A DNA stretch of 64,000 nt from Eledone cirrhosa (GCA_964016885.1 OZ024742.1:68076001-68140000); one strand, 5' to 3'; counted from the stretch's first letter, positions 44,047 to 58,838 are shown. Notes: generated from the letters alone by a model not told the origin. Translations and numbers: made by a program.

Positions 44047-44223
44047 TAACAGATTAAAGTTTAAGCAAAGAATCGTTGCTTTCACCCTTGACAAGATCTT
44101 CTGAAACTCATATATATATATATATTACCCTTACCGAGCCCTCTTCGAATTTTAGTCTTCACAATTATTATTATTACTATTTCATTTGAAAAGGAAAATC
44201 AGGGTAGAGAGGGAGGTGTTTTC
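43196..44223. repeat. Nested inverted repeats: outer arms ~43196-43390 and 44040-44223; inner arms ~43465-43665 and 43690-43891
   Basis: Both pairs are near-perfect reverse complements; separated by (TA)n; poly-T loop at the centre. Confidence 0.9.
43783..43853 (+). ncRNA. Minimal type I hammerhead ribozyme motif (mirror copy at 43503-43573, minus strand)
   Basis: tgttttat-CTGATGA-long stem II (acaaatattatt/gatgatgtttgt)-GAAA-tgcgca-TA-ataaaata. Confidence 0.75.
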
Positions 44224-44552
44224 TTCCCACCATTTTGTTGAAAGATGGGTGAGAGAGGCAAGAATGGCCCGAGTGAATGGGCCTACTCTGAGTATGTGCC
44301 TGTAAATTGAAGGTGGAAAATTGGGAGAGGGCACTTGCCCTGGTGGTCAGGGTCACCGTGGCTTTTTTAATGGGCTTTCTCCACGATAGTCCTCGGGAAT
44401 TTTTCATTGTTTCTTTTTTGTTACATCCTCTTTTTTTGTTTTTTTTTACACGCAGACATGCCCATTTGTACCGTCCTTTATTGTCCTTAATGTCTTTCTT
44501 TGTATAAACATTTTTGGTTAAAAAAGAAAGCATTATTACTATTATTAGTAAA

Positions 44553-44763
44553 GGGCGGTGGATTGGCAGTATCGGTAGAGGGTCTGACGCTATGCTTTGC
44601 AGCAAAGAGTTACGCCCCTTTATGGTTTGAGTTCAAATCCCGCCGAGGTTAACTTTGCCTTTCATCCTTACGGGGTCGATAAAATAAAGTACCAGTAATG
44701 TATTGGGTAATTGTTGGCCTTGTGCCAAAAGTAGAAACAATTATTACTATTATTATTATTATT
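44553..44763 (+). mobile_element. tRNA-derived SINE with (TTA)n-like tail
   Basis: Close homolog of the 1876 copy; attattactattatta on both sides (TSD-like). Confidence 0.85.
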
Positions 44764-44953
44764 AATATATATATAATCATGGTTAATGAAGCTGGCGCTG
44801 GTCGATGACAATTCGAGCGGCTATGACTGTTCCTTACTCAGTCACTGAGTTAGAATATTTGTACATAAAAATGTATGACTCCGAGTGGATACTTTACGAC
44901 ACTAGTAGGGAAACGACCGCCAACACGTCGAGTGATCATCCTTAATTCTTATA

Positions 44954-45841
44954 CAGGGTGTCTATAAATTATATTTACAATTTGAAAAATTGACGATAAA
45001 TCTACACGGTTTATTGGACATTTCAATGAGAGCTCCATTGGCTGTATGCAACAAATCTAAACAATACTCAATTTCTGACTATGTGCGTTGGAGCATCTCC
45101 TCGTCAATGATGGATATAGCTTGGCTTATCCTTTCTTCTATATCATTGAAGTCTTGAAAGCTCTTACGATATATTCTGTCTTTAATGTAATCCCATAAGA
45201 ACAAGGCTTGAAGGGTTACATTTGGTTTCTTAGATGACCTGGGAACTGGACCGCTTCTTCCAATCAGCGGTTTGGAAATGTTTTATTAAGAAACTCAGGA
45301 ACTGTCAGCCCCAAACGGAGTGACGCATAATGTTGTCATCTTCCATAGAAAATAACTTCTGCAACACTTTGTGAACTGTTGAACGTGATAAACTTAACTG
45401 TTTAATTATAGTGGACTTAGTAGGATTACGATGAAATGCTGCATTAATGCGCTCAACGTCTTCTACATGTGTTCTCGGTCACCTAGCCCGTTTTCTGTGA
45501 GATGTTTCTTGTTTCCATAATCTTCTAATGCCAAACGTAGATACTACGACCTGGCCGTTGCTCCCCATACTTTATACGATAATTCTGCTGTACCTGATTG
45601 TCTCATTTGGACTCTATCAACCAGGACACATATTACGCTTACTCTTGTGTTGGGGATCAATAATAAGCACCTTTAGCATCTACGTAAAAAAACAAACGAA
45701 AGTCAATTGAATATTAAAGTAAAATTCATACATTAACAGTGATAAAAGCTCTGTAACATACAACGATGTGTATTGATGGTTCTTAACTTTATTAGATACA
45801 ATAAACTGTGAAAGTTGTAAATATAATTTATGGACACCCTG
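44954..45841 (-). mobile_element. Tc1/mariner DNA transposon remnant (~890 bp) with 27 bp TIRs and TA TSD
   Basis: TA-cagggtgtctataaattatatttacaa ... ttgtaaatataatttatggacaccctg-TA; minus-strand relic IGRSGPVP..PNVT..LFLWDYIKDRIY resembles the WPPRSPDLTPLDFFLWG region. Confidence 0.85.
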
Positions 45842-46102
45842 TATATACCCGGATTACTGGTAGATTCCAATTCCCAGTTTTAGTTGCAACTGATATTTGT
45901 AGTAATTATGTTATCTGTGTAGACTTTAGATATACACTTGTTTGATTAATATTTCATGTTTATGCCTGTAATAGAATGACGTAGACCTTGTGTTTATTGT
46001 TACTTTGATTTTTGTTGATGTTGTTTTGTTACAAGTGAGTCATTACTGATTCTGTAGGCCTATGATCAAAAATATCCCTGATTGATATTTGAGGGATATG
46101 AA

Positions 46103-46315
46103 TTCCTAGCACCCCATCCTGGGTACCACCAGGATGGGGTGCTAGGAGAAGGGAAGATACCAAAGGAGATGTGGCACGTCACTTAAAGAAGACTTAAAAC
46201 AGCTTAACATCTCATGGAAAGGGCCAAAATATCGAACACAGAACTAGGATAATTGATTCGATCTTGCTGACTCTTATAAAGTTTGACTAGACAAGACAAA
46301 CTAAATACTAAGTAA
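46103..46315 (+). mobile_element. Short RTE-like LINE 3' fragment with a 5' fold-back
   Basis: Degenerate RRRGRPKxTW..EDLKQLNISW-like coding; cctagcaccccatcctgg/ccaggatggggtgctagg hairpin at the 5' end. Confidence 0.5.
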
Positions 46316-47971
46316 ATAATCAAATATGTTGAAAAGTATCCCAAACGACATTATCCAGTGTGTTAGTTTTAGAATTATATAGTGTGTTGTTTGAGTAGTA
46401 ATTAACTGTTAATGTTAGCAGATCAATCAACCATATATTTGCGATTCGTCCATAGCTGTTGTATTTGTATAGAGCGACATTAATATAATTCCATGTTGTG
46501 TTGGCGTGTCTAAAGCTGCAGTTTTATATTGTGGGTGCTCTGTCTTTGCAGTTATATACGTTTTATAGCAAAATGCAATATACAAATTATCATGCAATCC
46601 AATATAGCTATCATTTAACTTTTCAACATACTTGTTCAATTGACTTAGCTGATGACATCTCTCCCTCTCTTTCTTCGCCTCGTTCTCTCTCTCCCTCACC
46701 TGCTAAAGCTGTGTCTGTCTATTTATTTAAGTATCACCCTATTTATGTAACATCAACTGTCTCTACGATTAAGCATTAAAAATAGACCAGAAACAATATA
46801 TACATTCTATTATACTATTTTGATATAACTTAGGTATGCTGACTTTTTTTTATTCTGTTATTTTCTCACATTACTGTAAGCAACATACAAATGTAACAAC
46901 TACATAACCAACAATTGCATTATGCATGATAAATCAGTCAATACTGTTCCAACGACCAGTAATACTTTAGGCACTTGTGAATAATTATATTGTCTTGAAG
47001 ATTCGACTAATCCAAACTGATTCTGAACAGAATTGATGTTTATATCATGTGATGGAAGAAATTTCTCCATCTGTGTATTTCAGATTCAATAAAAGTACTG
47101 GGCTGGTCTTAATAGATTATATCCTCTCACAAAATGAGTGACCTATTTTAAAATCAGTAATTTCACTCGCCACGACAACTACTATCTTCTTATATTTCGA
47201 TATATCATGCAAGAAATTCTTTGTATTACCTTGTATTCCAGATATTCTTAATAGACAGCTTTTATATTCTCACAATCGCATCACTCTGTATCATGTCACC
47301 TGGAAAAATATTGATATGGAAAATACATTGTAAGCCGTAATGATTGTTATTGTTGTTGTAATTTAATGTTTTCATGTATTAGGTGCGGTGCGTATTGATA
47401 TAGATACCAAATAATACAAATACTGTTAAATCGATAGATTGTAACATTCAGTATGTATTTGATAGGAGGGTACCTACATCTTCTGCGTTCAAATATCGCC
47501 AATGTCAACTGTTGTATTTATTTCTTCTCATTAGTAATACATTAATTCCTCTCGACCTTCTTAGATAAATAGTGTTAATTGATTTAATAAGAATAGACCA
47601 AGATATCCATCAATGGGTGATGAAAACTTCTCAGGCATTCGCAGAAAATCTGGTGAATTAGGTCAGGTCACAAATAGAGCTAAAACAATGTAAGATTAAC
47701 ATATCTCTATTATATGATCTACGTTATCAAGTTCACATAAGGAATAAATACCAAACACAATTCTGTAACTACTTATTCAGCATATTTGCACTGATTCTAT
47801 CTAATCAAAATCCACTTCTGAAGGGGATTAAATATGGACATTGAAGTTTCTCAAACGGAAGAAACATTCATTCTCACGGAATAAACCTACGTGTGTATTA
47901 ATGTGTGTTTACATACATTACACACACATGTGCATACACGCTCACATGCACTCACGAGCACATGCACACAT

Positions 47972-48025
<54 letters not shown>

Positions 48026-48097
48026 ACACATATATATACATAAGCATGTATACGTGATTATATATATATATATATATATATACATACATATATATAT

Positions 48098-48171
<74 letters not shown>

Positions 48172-48479
48172 GTGTGTTTATATGTCTGGCTGTGGGTGTT
48201 TGCGTGTGTACATAACCAATTATTTGCTCATCATTAACGATTAAACGAAAAATATAAAATATATATATATATATATCAAAATCCTGCAAGGATTTCTTTT
48301 ACCTTATTAATAAAACATTGTTTCCAATTGGTTTAACTAACATGTTGCGGTACATTATTTAAAACATTGGCTACGTCTTGTGGATAGAACTCAGCTTATC
48401 ACAACCCTTGTACCAACACCAACACCGCCACTATCTTAACAAACATTATAATACAAACGTAAATTGCAACATGAACCAC

Positions 48480-48668
48480 TGCTACGACTACTACTACGAT
48501 TATTATTGTTTTTATTACTATTACAACTACTACTACTACTATAACAACTACTGCTGATGTTATTACTAAAACGAGAATATAAACGAAAAATGATCACCAA
48601 CAAAACTACCAATAAAAACACTGCCACCATTATGTGCCGAGGCCGACAACCACAACCATAGCCACTAG

Positions 48669-48706
<38 letters not shown>

Positions 48707-48717
48707 CGACAACAACG

Positions 48718-48758
<41 letters not shown>

Positions 48759-49091
48759 AACAACAACAACAACAACAACAACAACGACGACAACAACAAT
48801 AACAACAGCAACAACAACAACAACAACAACAACAATAACAACAACAACAACAATAACAGCAACAACAACGACGACGACCATTGTAACAACTGCATCCAAA
48901 GCAGCAGCAGCAATAGTAACAACACATACAAAAGAAGCAGGCTTTGTGAGAACAATGGAACACAAAAGAACTTAAAATATAAATTAAAGATGGTGAAATG
49001 CAATATATATTTTAAGAAGCTGTAATTACTATTGATTTATGATTATTGTTGTTGCTGATATTGTTATTTTTACTACTACTACTACTACTAC

Positions 49092-49160
<69 letters not shown>

Positions 49161-49349
49161 GGCTGTCTTGGATCTGTGAATGGAATAAGCAATAAGTGAT
49201 AGCAAACCAACAAAAATATATAAAGAAGGAAAGGAGCAGAGAGGGGGGGGGGGGATTAATAAATATGTGAAATGAACTAAGAGACGAAAAATGAAAGAGG
49301 AAGGAAAGAAGGAAGGAATGAAGAAATCGATAAATAATAATAATAATAA

Positions 49350-49380
<31 letters not shown>

Positions 49381-49690
49381 AAGAAGAAGAAGAAGAAGAA
49401 GAAGAAGAAGAAGAAGAAGAAGAAGAAGAAGAAGAAGAAGAAGAAGAAATCAAGTAGACCTTCTTTTAATGTGTGGTTCTGTGAAATTGTGCTCAATTAG
49501 TGTTTAATGAGGCAAAACTATTAAGTTTGGTCGTATCTCACATATAATGTCTACAAGGAAAAACTAGTGAAGCGATATCAAAAATATCTCACTGCTTCAT
49601 TGCAGCTATATCATCAATCACAGAGATCTTTATCTTTATAATGGTGGTGGTGGTGGTGGTGGTGGTGGTGGTGGTGGTGGTGGTAGTCGT
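48480..49690. repeat. Cluster of trinucleotide microsatellites (CTA, CAA, TAA, GAA, GGT)
   Basis: Directly visible runs. Confidence 0.95.
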
Positions 49691-50965
49691 GATGGTGTTG
49701 GCGGTCGTGACGTAGGTTACGGGATATGTGTAAATGGTTGTGTTGAGGATTCGGAAATAGCTGAATTGATATTGGTATAAGGTGATGGTGTAGGTTACGG
49801 GATATGTAGTTTTGTTGTTTCTGGTAGTAGCGGTGCGGGCAGTATTCAAGGCTGGAGTATTTACATTTTGGTGTTGGTGTTATCAGAGGTTATGTTGGTC
49901 GTCATGTTGGTGGTCGTGGTGAAGTTTTTGATCTTGAAGCTCGTTGTTATGTGGTGATTTATAAATGCAGATAGTGATTCAACGTGATACAATGTGTGAC
50001 AAGCCTGTTCTTTTAATTACAAGAACACTACTTTTTTCGTCGGAAGTAGAAAAAAATTAATTGTATTGCTCAAGGATATAGCGCCCCACCTGAAATCAAA
50101 ATGATGCCATTAAGGACGTCAGCCGAGCCACCTGAAATAAACGCTGTCACAAATACACTTCCATATCAACAATTCATGGTAGATATGTTACTGATTATAC
50201 TAACTGTTTCTGAGTAAGTTTGTCATTATACCTAATTCAATTTTTTGAGGGTTTAGTCGTCTACAAGCTGTGTTGTAGAGGAACTTGTTCTGATTGGAAG
50301 GCGGAATCTGAGGATGGCGATGGTGTTTCTTTTCTTGAATGTGTTTATTATACTTTGGGAAAGAAATCTTTGCATGTAAGGGTGTCTGATTCGAACCTAA
50401 ATTTTGTTATAGTGAGAAGGAACTAAAGTGTTCCTTGTGTATATATTATTAAGCAACACTTTCCCACTATTCATATTTCCATCGGTTTTTGTAATTCTCA
50501 TTAGTTAATAGCTTTGGTCCTTTTGTTTGAGCTGGTTTCTAATTTTCTTCAACCGATTTCCGTGAAGAATATTCTATCTTTATATATCACCTCTAGCGGG
50601 TTAATCATCACATCCTTAATAGGTGGAGAAAAGGAACATCTAATGTAAAGACTAATGAGATTTTAGTCCTAATTAAACTGTATCGCACTTTACCGCATGG
50701 GTGTGGGTGTGTGGATGAATGTGGGGGTGTGTGTGTGTGTGTGTGTATGTGGGGGGGGGGTGCGTGTGTGTGTGTGTGTATGATTATGTGCAGAATATCC
50801 GTAAATGAAAGATGAAGGGGAATAATGGTCAATCTGTTGCAAGAGAGCTTATTTAGTACGATGTTTCATACACTTAATATGTATATGCGACCATTGGTGG
50901 CCATAACAGGACGCCGAAACCAATGGTCACATATACATGTTAAGTGTATGAAACATTATTTTTTA

Positions 50966-51015
<50 letters not shown>

Positions 51016-51769
51016 TGTGTGTATATATATATATATACTTTTATGCTTGCATAGACATGCGTGTGAGTGTTAACAGAGTGGCCATTAGCCCGCCGTATAA
51101 ATATTCCTATCGATGCTGGTACGTTCATATTGATTGTAGAATTTTCATATATAATGTTGCATGAAATGTTGGTCAGTTGAAAAGGTTTTATCTATGAGTG
51201 AAATAACCGAATAACTCAGGCGTAACTTGTTAATCCCCTCTTTACGTGTTACACCCGTTTAATATATTCCACACCACGCACATATACACACTAATATTGA
51301 TCGAACATTTCCAAACTGATTAAATGGAAGCCATTTATGATTTTGAATGCTTTCGCAATGTCGTATATCGAACTGAAATATCAATAGATAGACGATAGAA
51401 TTGGTTTGTAATTGAGCAATATAGTTTAGCATTAGGAGAGATATTTACTTAAAAGCATTTTAAAAGAACTGGCTAAGCATCATTTAGCTCCCCACGTTCA
51501 TGGCTTACTCATATGTAATAAAAGAGCGTAACCTCTCTAGTGGCTAATGTCTAGTTGAAAATCTAGCTGAATGAAACCATTAATGGTGTTTCGTGCCGTT
51601 AGAGATCAACAGACGAAGAAATTGTTATCTAAATAGTTTTGTAATATTTCTCTCTGAACAAGGAAAAATAAAATGATTTCAATTAAATATGTATAAGAAT
51701 GTTGAGGACATGTTTCTGTTGGGTTTCCTTACAATCTCTTGCAAATTGTATGTGTAATTACTGTTACAC

Positions 51770-51965
<196 letters not shown>

Positions 51966-51967
51966 GT

Positions 51968-52138
51968 TGGCACAAGGACAGCAATTATCCCAATGCATTA
52001 CTGGTGCTTTATTTCATCGACCTCGTAAAGATGAAAGTTAACCTTGGAGGGATTTGAACTCACTCCGTAAAGGGATGTACCTCTGTGCTGGAAAGCATGG
52101 AATGCGACCCTCTACTGATTCTGCCAATCCACCGCCCT
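51968..52138 (-). mobile_element. tRNA-derived SINE (diverged)
   Basis: gggatttgaactc B-box reverse complement; ctgccaatccaccgccct head. Confidence 0.8.
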
Positions 52139-52997
52139 ATTAATAATAATGATAATAAGGAGGAGAGGGGGAAAAGAGCATGATGACGATGATAATGAAG
52201 AGGAAGATCGGGAGGGAGGAGGAAAGTAGAAGGAGGATAGTGGTGATCAAGGGAAATGTTTCTCAGTTATATAAAACATTTAAGTAAAGCAAGAGAAGAA
52301 TCATCAGATATACTCGAATAACAATATTTTAGCTCGAGGTGAAATATTACATAATCTGTATGTGATCAAAACTGAATTGCCATAGAATAATATAATGATG
52401 GTCTTTCTTTATTTGGCACAAAGGAGTATTATTTCAGGGATAAAAAGAGGTGGATATTGCCACGTTGATGCCTTTCCTAAACACATGAGTTATGAAGGTG
52501 ATGTAGGTTCGTACACGTCATTTAGTAGATATCTAATAACAATAAATACGGAATTTAATAAGAATGTTTCATTATATGAAGGCAACGGGGGCTGTGTTTC
52601 AGTATTATTAAACTTCGTCGACGAAGTATAGTTTAATGGTAACTGCAAAATCTGAAATGGTTACAGAGATATAGGTTTTAACTGAAAGGCTAATGAGAGA
52701 AGTATAAACGGAAATGTATGACTAGTGTCAGGGGCAATAATTCGGGGAGAAACCATCAGCAAAATAGAATCATTAATAGCAAAAACATCTAGTATCATCA
52801 AATACTATGCACTCTTATTTATAATATAAATCGTTATCCGAATGACTAATTAAGGTACGTAAAGGCAAAAAAGTCGTCTAAGGAACTGAAAGCTACAGGA
52901 CTAACACCACACTCTGGATCTGAACATATCAATGGATTAACAAGGTAAAATCCATTACAACATTATGTATTCCTGTTTTTTTCTGTTCAATTTCTTA

Positions 52998-53054
52998 CTG
53001 CCTGATGAGGTCATAGCTGCTGAATAATGGCAATCACTGAAATATATATAGCAG
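52998..53054 (+). ncRNA. Minimal hammerhead motif at the 3' end of a decayed Penelope-like fragment
   Basis: ctgc-CTGATGA-ggt...act-GAAA-tatata-TA-gcag then AATAAA and (TA)n; upstream relic resembles a GIY-YIG C-terminus (ESY..NGL). Confidence 0.6.
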
Positions 53055-53103
53055 CGAATATGAATAAACGAAGCTAATTTTACCCTCTTGACTTACACGT
53101 CTT

Positions 53104-53237
<134 letters not shown>

Positions 53238-53274
53238 GGGGGGGTATGTGTGTGTGTTTGTGTTTGTCACCAGA

Positions 53275-54000
53275 ACTGTGTCGTCGGAAAATTCATCATC
53301 TGATATATTTTTCGCCTTAACTCTCCACCTCTGAGCCAGTGTTACAGTAAAGCCAAAGTCCTGGTGTTTCTCCAGCGCAAGGCGCATACAATAGTCCACT
53401 GCAATGATAAAAGGGTAGGAAAAAGCCAATGTATCTCTCTGAATGACTCCACCCAGTATCTCAAAGAACCCCGTCATCCCATCAGGTGTAATGACTTGGG
53501 CTTTGGTGTTGGTCTAGAGCAGTGATATTAGGTCCACTATTCTCTTGGGGATTCCATAAGCCTGTAAGATCTTCATCAGGCAGTGACGGGGTCCACAGAA
53601 TCAAAGGTCTTCCTAAAGTCACTGAAAACCATGAGAGCAGGAAGGCTCTTTGCTCTAGCTCCGTCGAATCTCCTCCTCAGCATCAGGATGTGACTGGTGG
53701 TTGATCTTCCCTCTCTGAAGCCGTTCTGGTTGTCCCTGAGCTTCCTTTCCATCTCGGGCTGGATCCTGTTAAGAATCATCCTGTTGAGGGTCTTTGCCAC
53801 AAGTGAGATCCCCCTGTAGTTGTTGGGGTTAGAGAGATCTCCCTTCTTTGGCACTGGGACGATGTTACCGATCCTCCACTGATTCGGGGAAACTCCTTTC
53901 TCCAGTGCCTGGTTACAGGATTCCAAGATGATATCATCAAAGTCACACCTCTTCATCACATCTGATGCGACTCCATCTTCTCCTTCCTCACTACCGTAGG
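53275..54000 (-). mobile_element. RTE-clade LINE reverse transcriptase fragment (pseudogenised)
   Basis: IVPVPKKGDLSNPNNYRGISL..QNGFREGRSTTSHI..VFSDFRKTFDSV; continues after a frameshift with GVIQRDTLA..FIIAVDY..FSDD. Confidence 0.9.
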
Positions 54001-54171
54001 ATCAGCATAGAATTAGTCCTTGGCAGCTTTCATGTGTTCTCTGGCTGCACACACTTTCTTTTGGGTCTGCAGAGCTGACGTGCTTCCTCTTCTTCTCTCT
54101 CCTCGGCGCCACGGTCTCACTTGCTTCCGCCACTGCACTGGTGAAGTACCTGTACCTCGTCGTCACACTCT

Positions 54172-54211
<40 letters not shown>

Positions 54212-54818
54212 TTATTAAAATAACATATTCAAGTTTAAGCAAAGAATCGCTGCTTTCACCTTTAACGGGATATTCAGAGTATCCCGTTAAGGGTGAACTT
54301 TAATCTGTTATTTTAATAAATATTTGCTCTATGGTTCTTATATATTTGATATATATATATAGCAATATGCTAATAAATGCATTATATATTGCTATGTACT
54401 AAGACATTAAAGTATACCAGTTATCTGATACATTCCTAATATGACGTACACTACGAAACCTTCTAACTTATCAATTTCACTGATTTCAAATTTTCAAGAA
54501 AAACTTGAACCAAAACACAAATTTCGAGTTAACAATGATCTTACATGCGGTTTATCACAATGTCAAGTGTTTTTGATAGGTTTTATATTTGACGAGATTT
54601 AAAGGATTTATAATGAATTCCTAATCTTTTTATTCAATCTTTGTTTAATCTTATGTTCACTTATTTCACATTTAGGCAACGTTTTTAGATTTCTTTATTA
54701 CTTCGAAATTTATTTATTCTTTTCAGTTTTTATTCATACTGGTTGCTGAAACTTTCTTCAATAGTGATTCAATGTTTTTCACAATTTTTATCAATCATTC
54801 CTCCTTTTAAGTATAATA

Positions 54819-55087
54819 CATCTTATTCCATTTCTCCGAGGGTTCTTAACCCCCACTATCAGGCTATATATATATATATATATAGCCTGATAGTGGGGGT
54901 TAAGAACCCTCGGAGAAATGGAAAAAGATGAGTATGTACGTCAATACTCATCTGTTTCCATTTCTCCGAGGGTTCTTAACCCCACTATCAGGCTAAATAA
55001 TTTCTTTAATTTCTTTAGTCAAAATACGGCGATAGCTTACATTTCTAATAATTTCAAACCAACTCGCTGTTTCGAAAATATTCTTGC
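54819..55087. repeat. Palindrome centred on (TA)n (54819-54930) plus a third copy; reverse complement of 43068-43200
   Basis: ttccatttctccgagggttcttaacccccactatcaggct-(AT)n-agcctgatagtgggggttaagaaccctcggagaaatggaa. Confidence 0.9.
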
Positions 55088-55088
55088 T

Positions 55089-55140
<52 letters not shown>

Positions 55141-55325
55141 AAATGTATATATGCATGTTAGGCTGGAAAGACAGTGTTAAACTGTCGATGCTTTTGTTTA
55201 CATAAATAATTAGGCACGACCACTCCTTCAATATAATTGTAGATGTTAATGAAGTTTTACGGAGAAACTATTTGTATAAATTATAAATTAGATCTTACCG
55301 AAGCACTTGCTTTCATATACATATA

Positions 55326-55487
<162 letters not shown>

Positions 55488-55581
55488 GTCTGTGTGTGTG
55501 TGTGTGTGTATGCCACATAGATTATAATCTAATCTTGACGGAAATACTTGATATATAAATATCTAAATATACACACACACA

Positions 55582-55633
<52 letters not shown>

Positions 55634-55671
55634 TACATATATATGTATATATATGTATATATATATGTATA

Positions 55672-55720
<49 letters not shown>

Positions 55721-55725
55721 GTATA

Positions 55726-55792
<67 letters not shown>

Positions 55793-58785
55793 CCATGCAT
55801 ATATAGAGAGATAGATTGATAGATACGTATATACAAACATACGAGAATGTATATAAATATAAATTTATATATATGTATATATATATGATATATGTATATA
55901 TATGATATATGTGTGTATGTTTGCGTATATATGTCGGTGAATATGTGTGAATGGGGTGGTGGGGTGTACTGCAAGTTTGTTTAAGTGTGAATGTTTGAAA
56001 TAAAGTAATTATCTAGTGGATTGCAAAAATATAAAGCAATTTTGACGATCTAAATTATCTAAATATAGGAAGCTCATTATATAAGTAGGTATGAAAACAA
56101 TAATTACACAATATGTGTGTATATTGAGATATTTTGTTGTTGATTTAATTGCTTAAACCACAAAGACTTGCAGCAAACGTTTGCCTGGAAGCGAGGACAG
56201 GAATGTAACGCACTGATTGATGAAATTTGAATGGGCGGTTTATCTTTTTTGTGGTGATGGTGGTGATGGTGGTGGTGTGGTCGTCGCCGTCGTAGTCGGC
56301 GTGGTCATGGTCATAATCGTGGTGGGTGCGGTGTGTTGGGTGGTGTTTGGTTCGTGCACGTTTGGTGGTTCTGAGTGGTGCTGCTTGTGCTGGGCTGGTA
56401 AATTGTTATGACGGTGAGTGTGATGTTCATGGTGGCAGTCATAGGGGTTATAAAAGTGGTTGTAGTTGCCTTTCAATGGGAGTGACAATGGTGGGGTTTT
56501 ATTGAATGCGAGTGAAATGATGCTGCATAAAAGTTAGTGTTCTTGTTGTTAAAGTATATGTTGGAGTTGGTGGGTGCGGTTCTGTGGTGGAATTGATGAT
56601 GGAACTTTATTGTTGGTTTGTACCTCTTGCAGTTTTCATGGAGGTAGATGTGCGTCAGGTTGCTAATGATGGTTGTTGCGTTTGCCGTGATCTCGTATTT
56701 ATTTATTTATTTATTTATTGCTATGGTTTAGTAGTGGTCGTTATAACAGAGGTCAATGAAATGTTACTTATGTTGTTAGTGAAGGGGGTACTGTTGACTG
56801 GCCGCTGGTTGTGCTGGGTTTGATGTGGTGTGTGAATGTGGTTGTGCTGATGATTGTGAGGTGAGATAAGGGTGGGAAGTGTGAGAAACGGGCTGAATTT
56901 TGGTTGAATATTAAGTCGATTAATAGAAGAGGAGAGGGGAATGTACCTTACTTATTATTTAGGGATAATAATACAGATTAAGACAAGGTAAAATAGGTGC
57001 GCGTAAGGTGTAAGAGACGATTGTGAAAGGGAAGGAATAAGAATAATTTCGACTGTAGACATATGTTAGGGAGAATGAGTTGTACAGAAGTGTGTATGTA
57101 TGTGTGTTTGTGAATGTTTATATATATATATATTTACATACATAAGACCGTCATTGCTCCAACTTGTCTACTCACTTTCAACAACTATCCCAAACTGAAC
57201 GCTAACTTGTCCCAAATAATTCTGCTAAACAAACAGTAATCACCCTCTAAATTCATGAAATCATACGCGGACCACCGATTCTGTCAGATATGACTTACGC
57301 AACCAGGCCTTATTAGTCATCCAATGGGCAAGACACGCATCATCAAGCTGCAACTCTCATATTACGTAGTTTCTATATAATAAAATCAAAGCTATTATTA
57401 TCTGCAGTGACTACAACTACAGTGACTGCATGATAGGCCTTGGTCCACCCTCTCCCGTACACCATTGACCTTAAACTCTCAAATTATCCAGATGACGTGA
57501 TGCCGCGCATCGGGAAGTCAAAAATATATCAGAAAATACGATAACAAAAGGCGGCGCAAAAGGTATAAATCTTAGAGTCATTATTAATACAAAATAAACA
57601 TATTATACACACTCGAATGTAAAACTTAATTAACATTAAATAAAATATATACGAATATACAATTATAAAATATTCAACCAGATAATCATAGATTAGCAAA
57701 ATAAATTAACGAAATCACGACTTACCTATCGGGATCGTTCGGCGAATGCAAAGAAAGTGGGACAGTAAGCACCGAGTCACTCCTATCTGATGCCATCCGT
57801 TCAAATGTTGGTCAAACCAAAATACTAAAAATGTTTTTCAGAATGAGAAAGGGTAACGCCCTACAACATTAAATAACAACTATTCTATAATCCACTGGTT
57901 CAGTGGCATTAAAAACCATAGATTCAAGCTCATTTAATTAGGAATCGTAATGCTTTTTGCCGTTAATTTAAAAACAGCCTCTAAACAAGGAATTCTGTTT
58001 CGGAAAAAAATATACCTATATCAATTGCAAAGATTTCGAAATAATAACGTCAGCTCCTAAAGGGTTTCTTTTCAATAACGTCTTGGGGCTTCTTTCAGCT
58101 TGCGTCAAACATAAATGATACTCCACATATCCAGATAGTTCACGATTTGTTTAACATTTTCCCAAGGTAATTATATTTTCAACACCAAGAATAACTAGTG
58201 TCTAATTCTCAAAGGGCTATTTGGCCGTAGGTATTTACAAACTCATTTGGTCTTAAAATGACAACTCTATCAAAAACACGACGCTTTGTTAAGCATTCTC
58301 AATTGCAGGCTCATGCTTAAGGAAATTCAGGACATATCAGAATTATGTGATGGTTAAATTACCACTATTCTTTATAGGAACCTTATTTTCTTGCCATCCA
58401 AGGGATTCAAAGGAACGTTGAATTCGGTGAAATAGAATTTTGAATACTGCAAGACATTTGTCTAATACGATCTATCGCCATTCACATAGCGGAAAAGAAT
58501 ATTAACCTATTTTATCTCAGCATCGACCGCATCGATGGAGATATGATATGGGAATTTAATGGATTCACCATACATAAGATAAGTAAAGGAAAGTTTTCAT
58601 TGGCACATTCAATAAGATGGTTCTGAATATTTCATTGAATGTTGGGTGCTGAAATGTATTCATTGTATATTATTTGCTTAACGTCATATCAAACATCTAC
58701 CATTCAATTTCATTTCAGAATGTTATACATTATATAATATTGTATATTATCTGGCCAAGATACATACAACACACACACACACACA

Positions 58786-58838
<53 letters not shown>

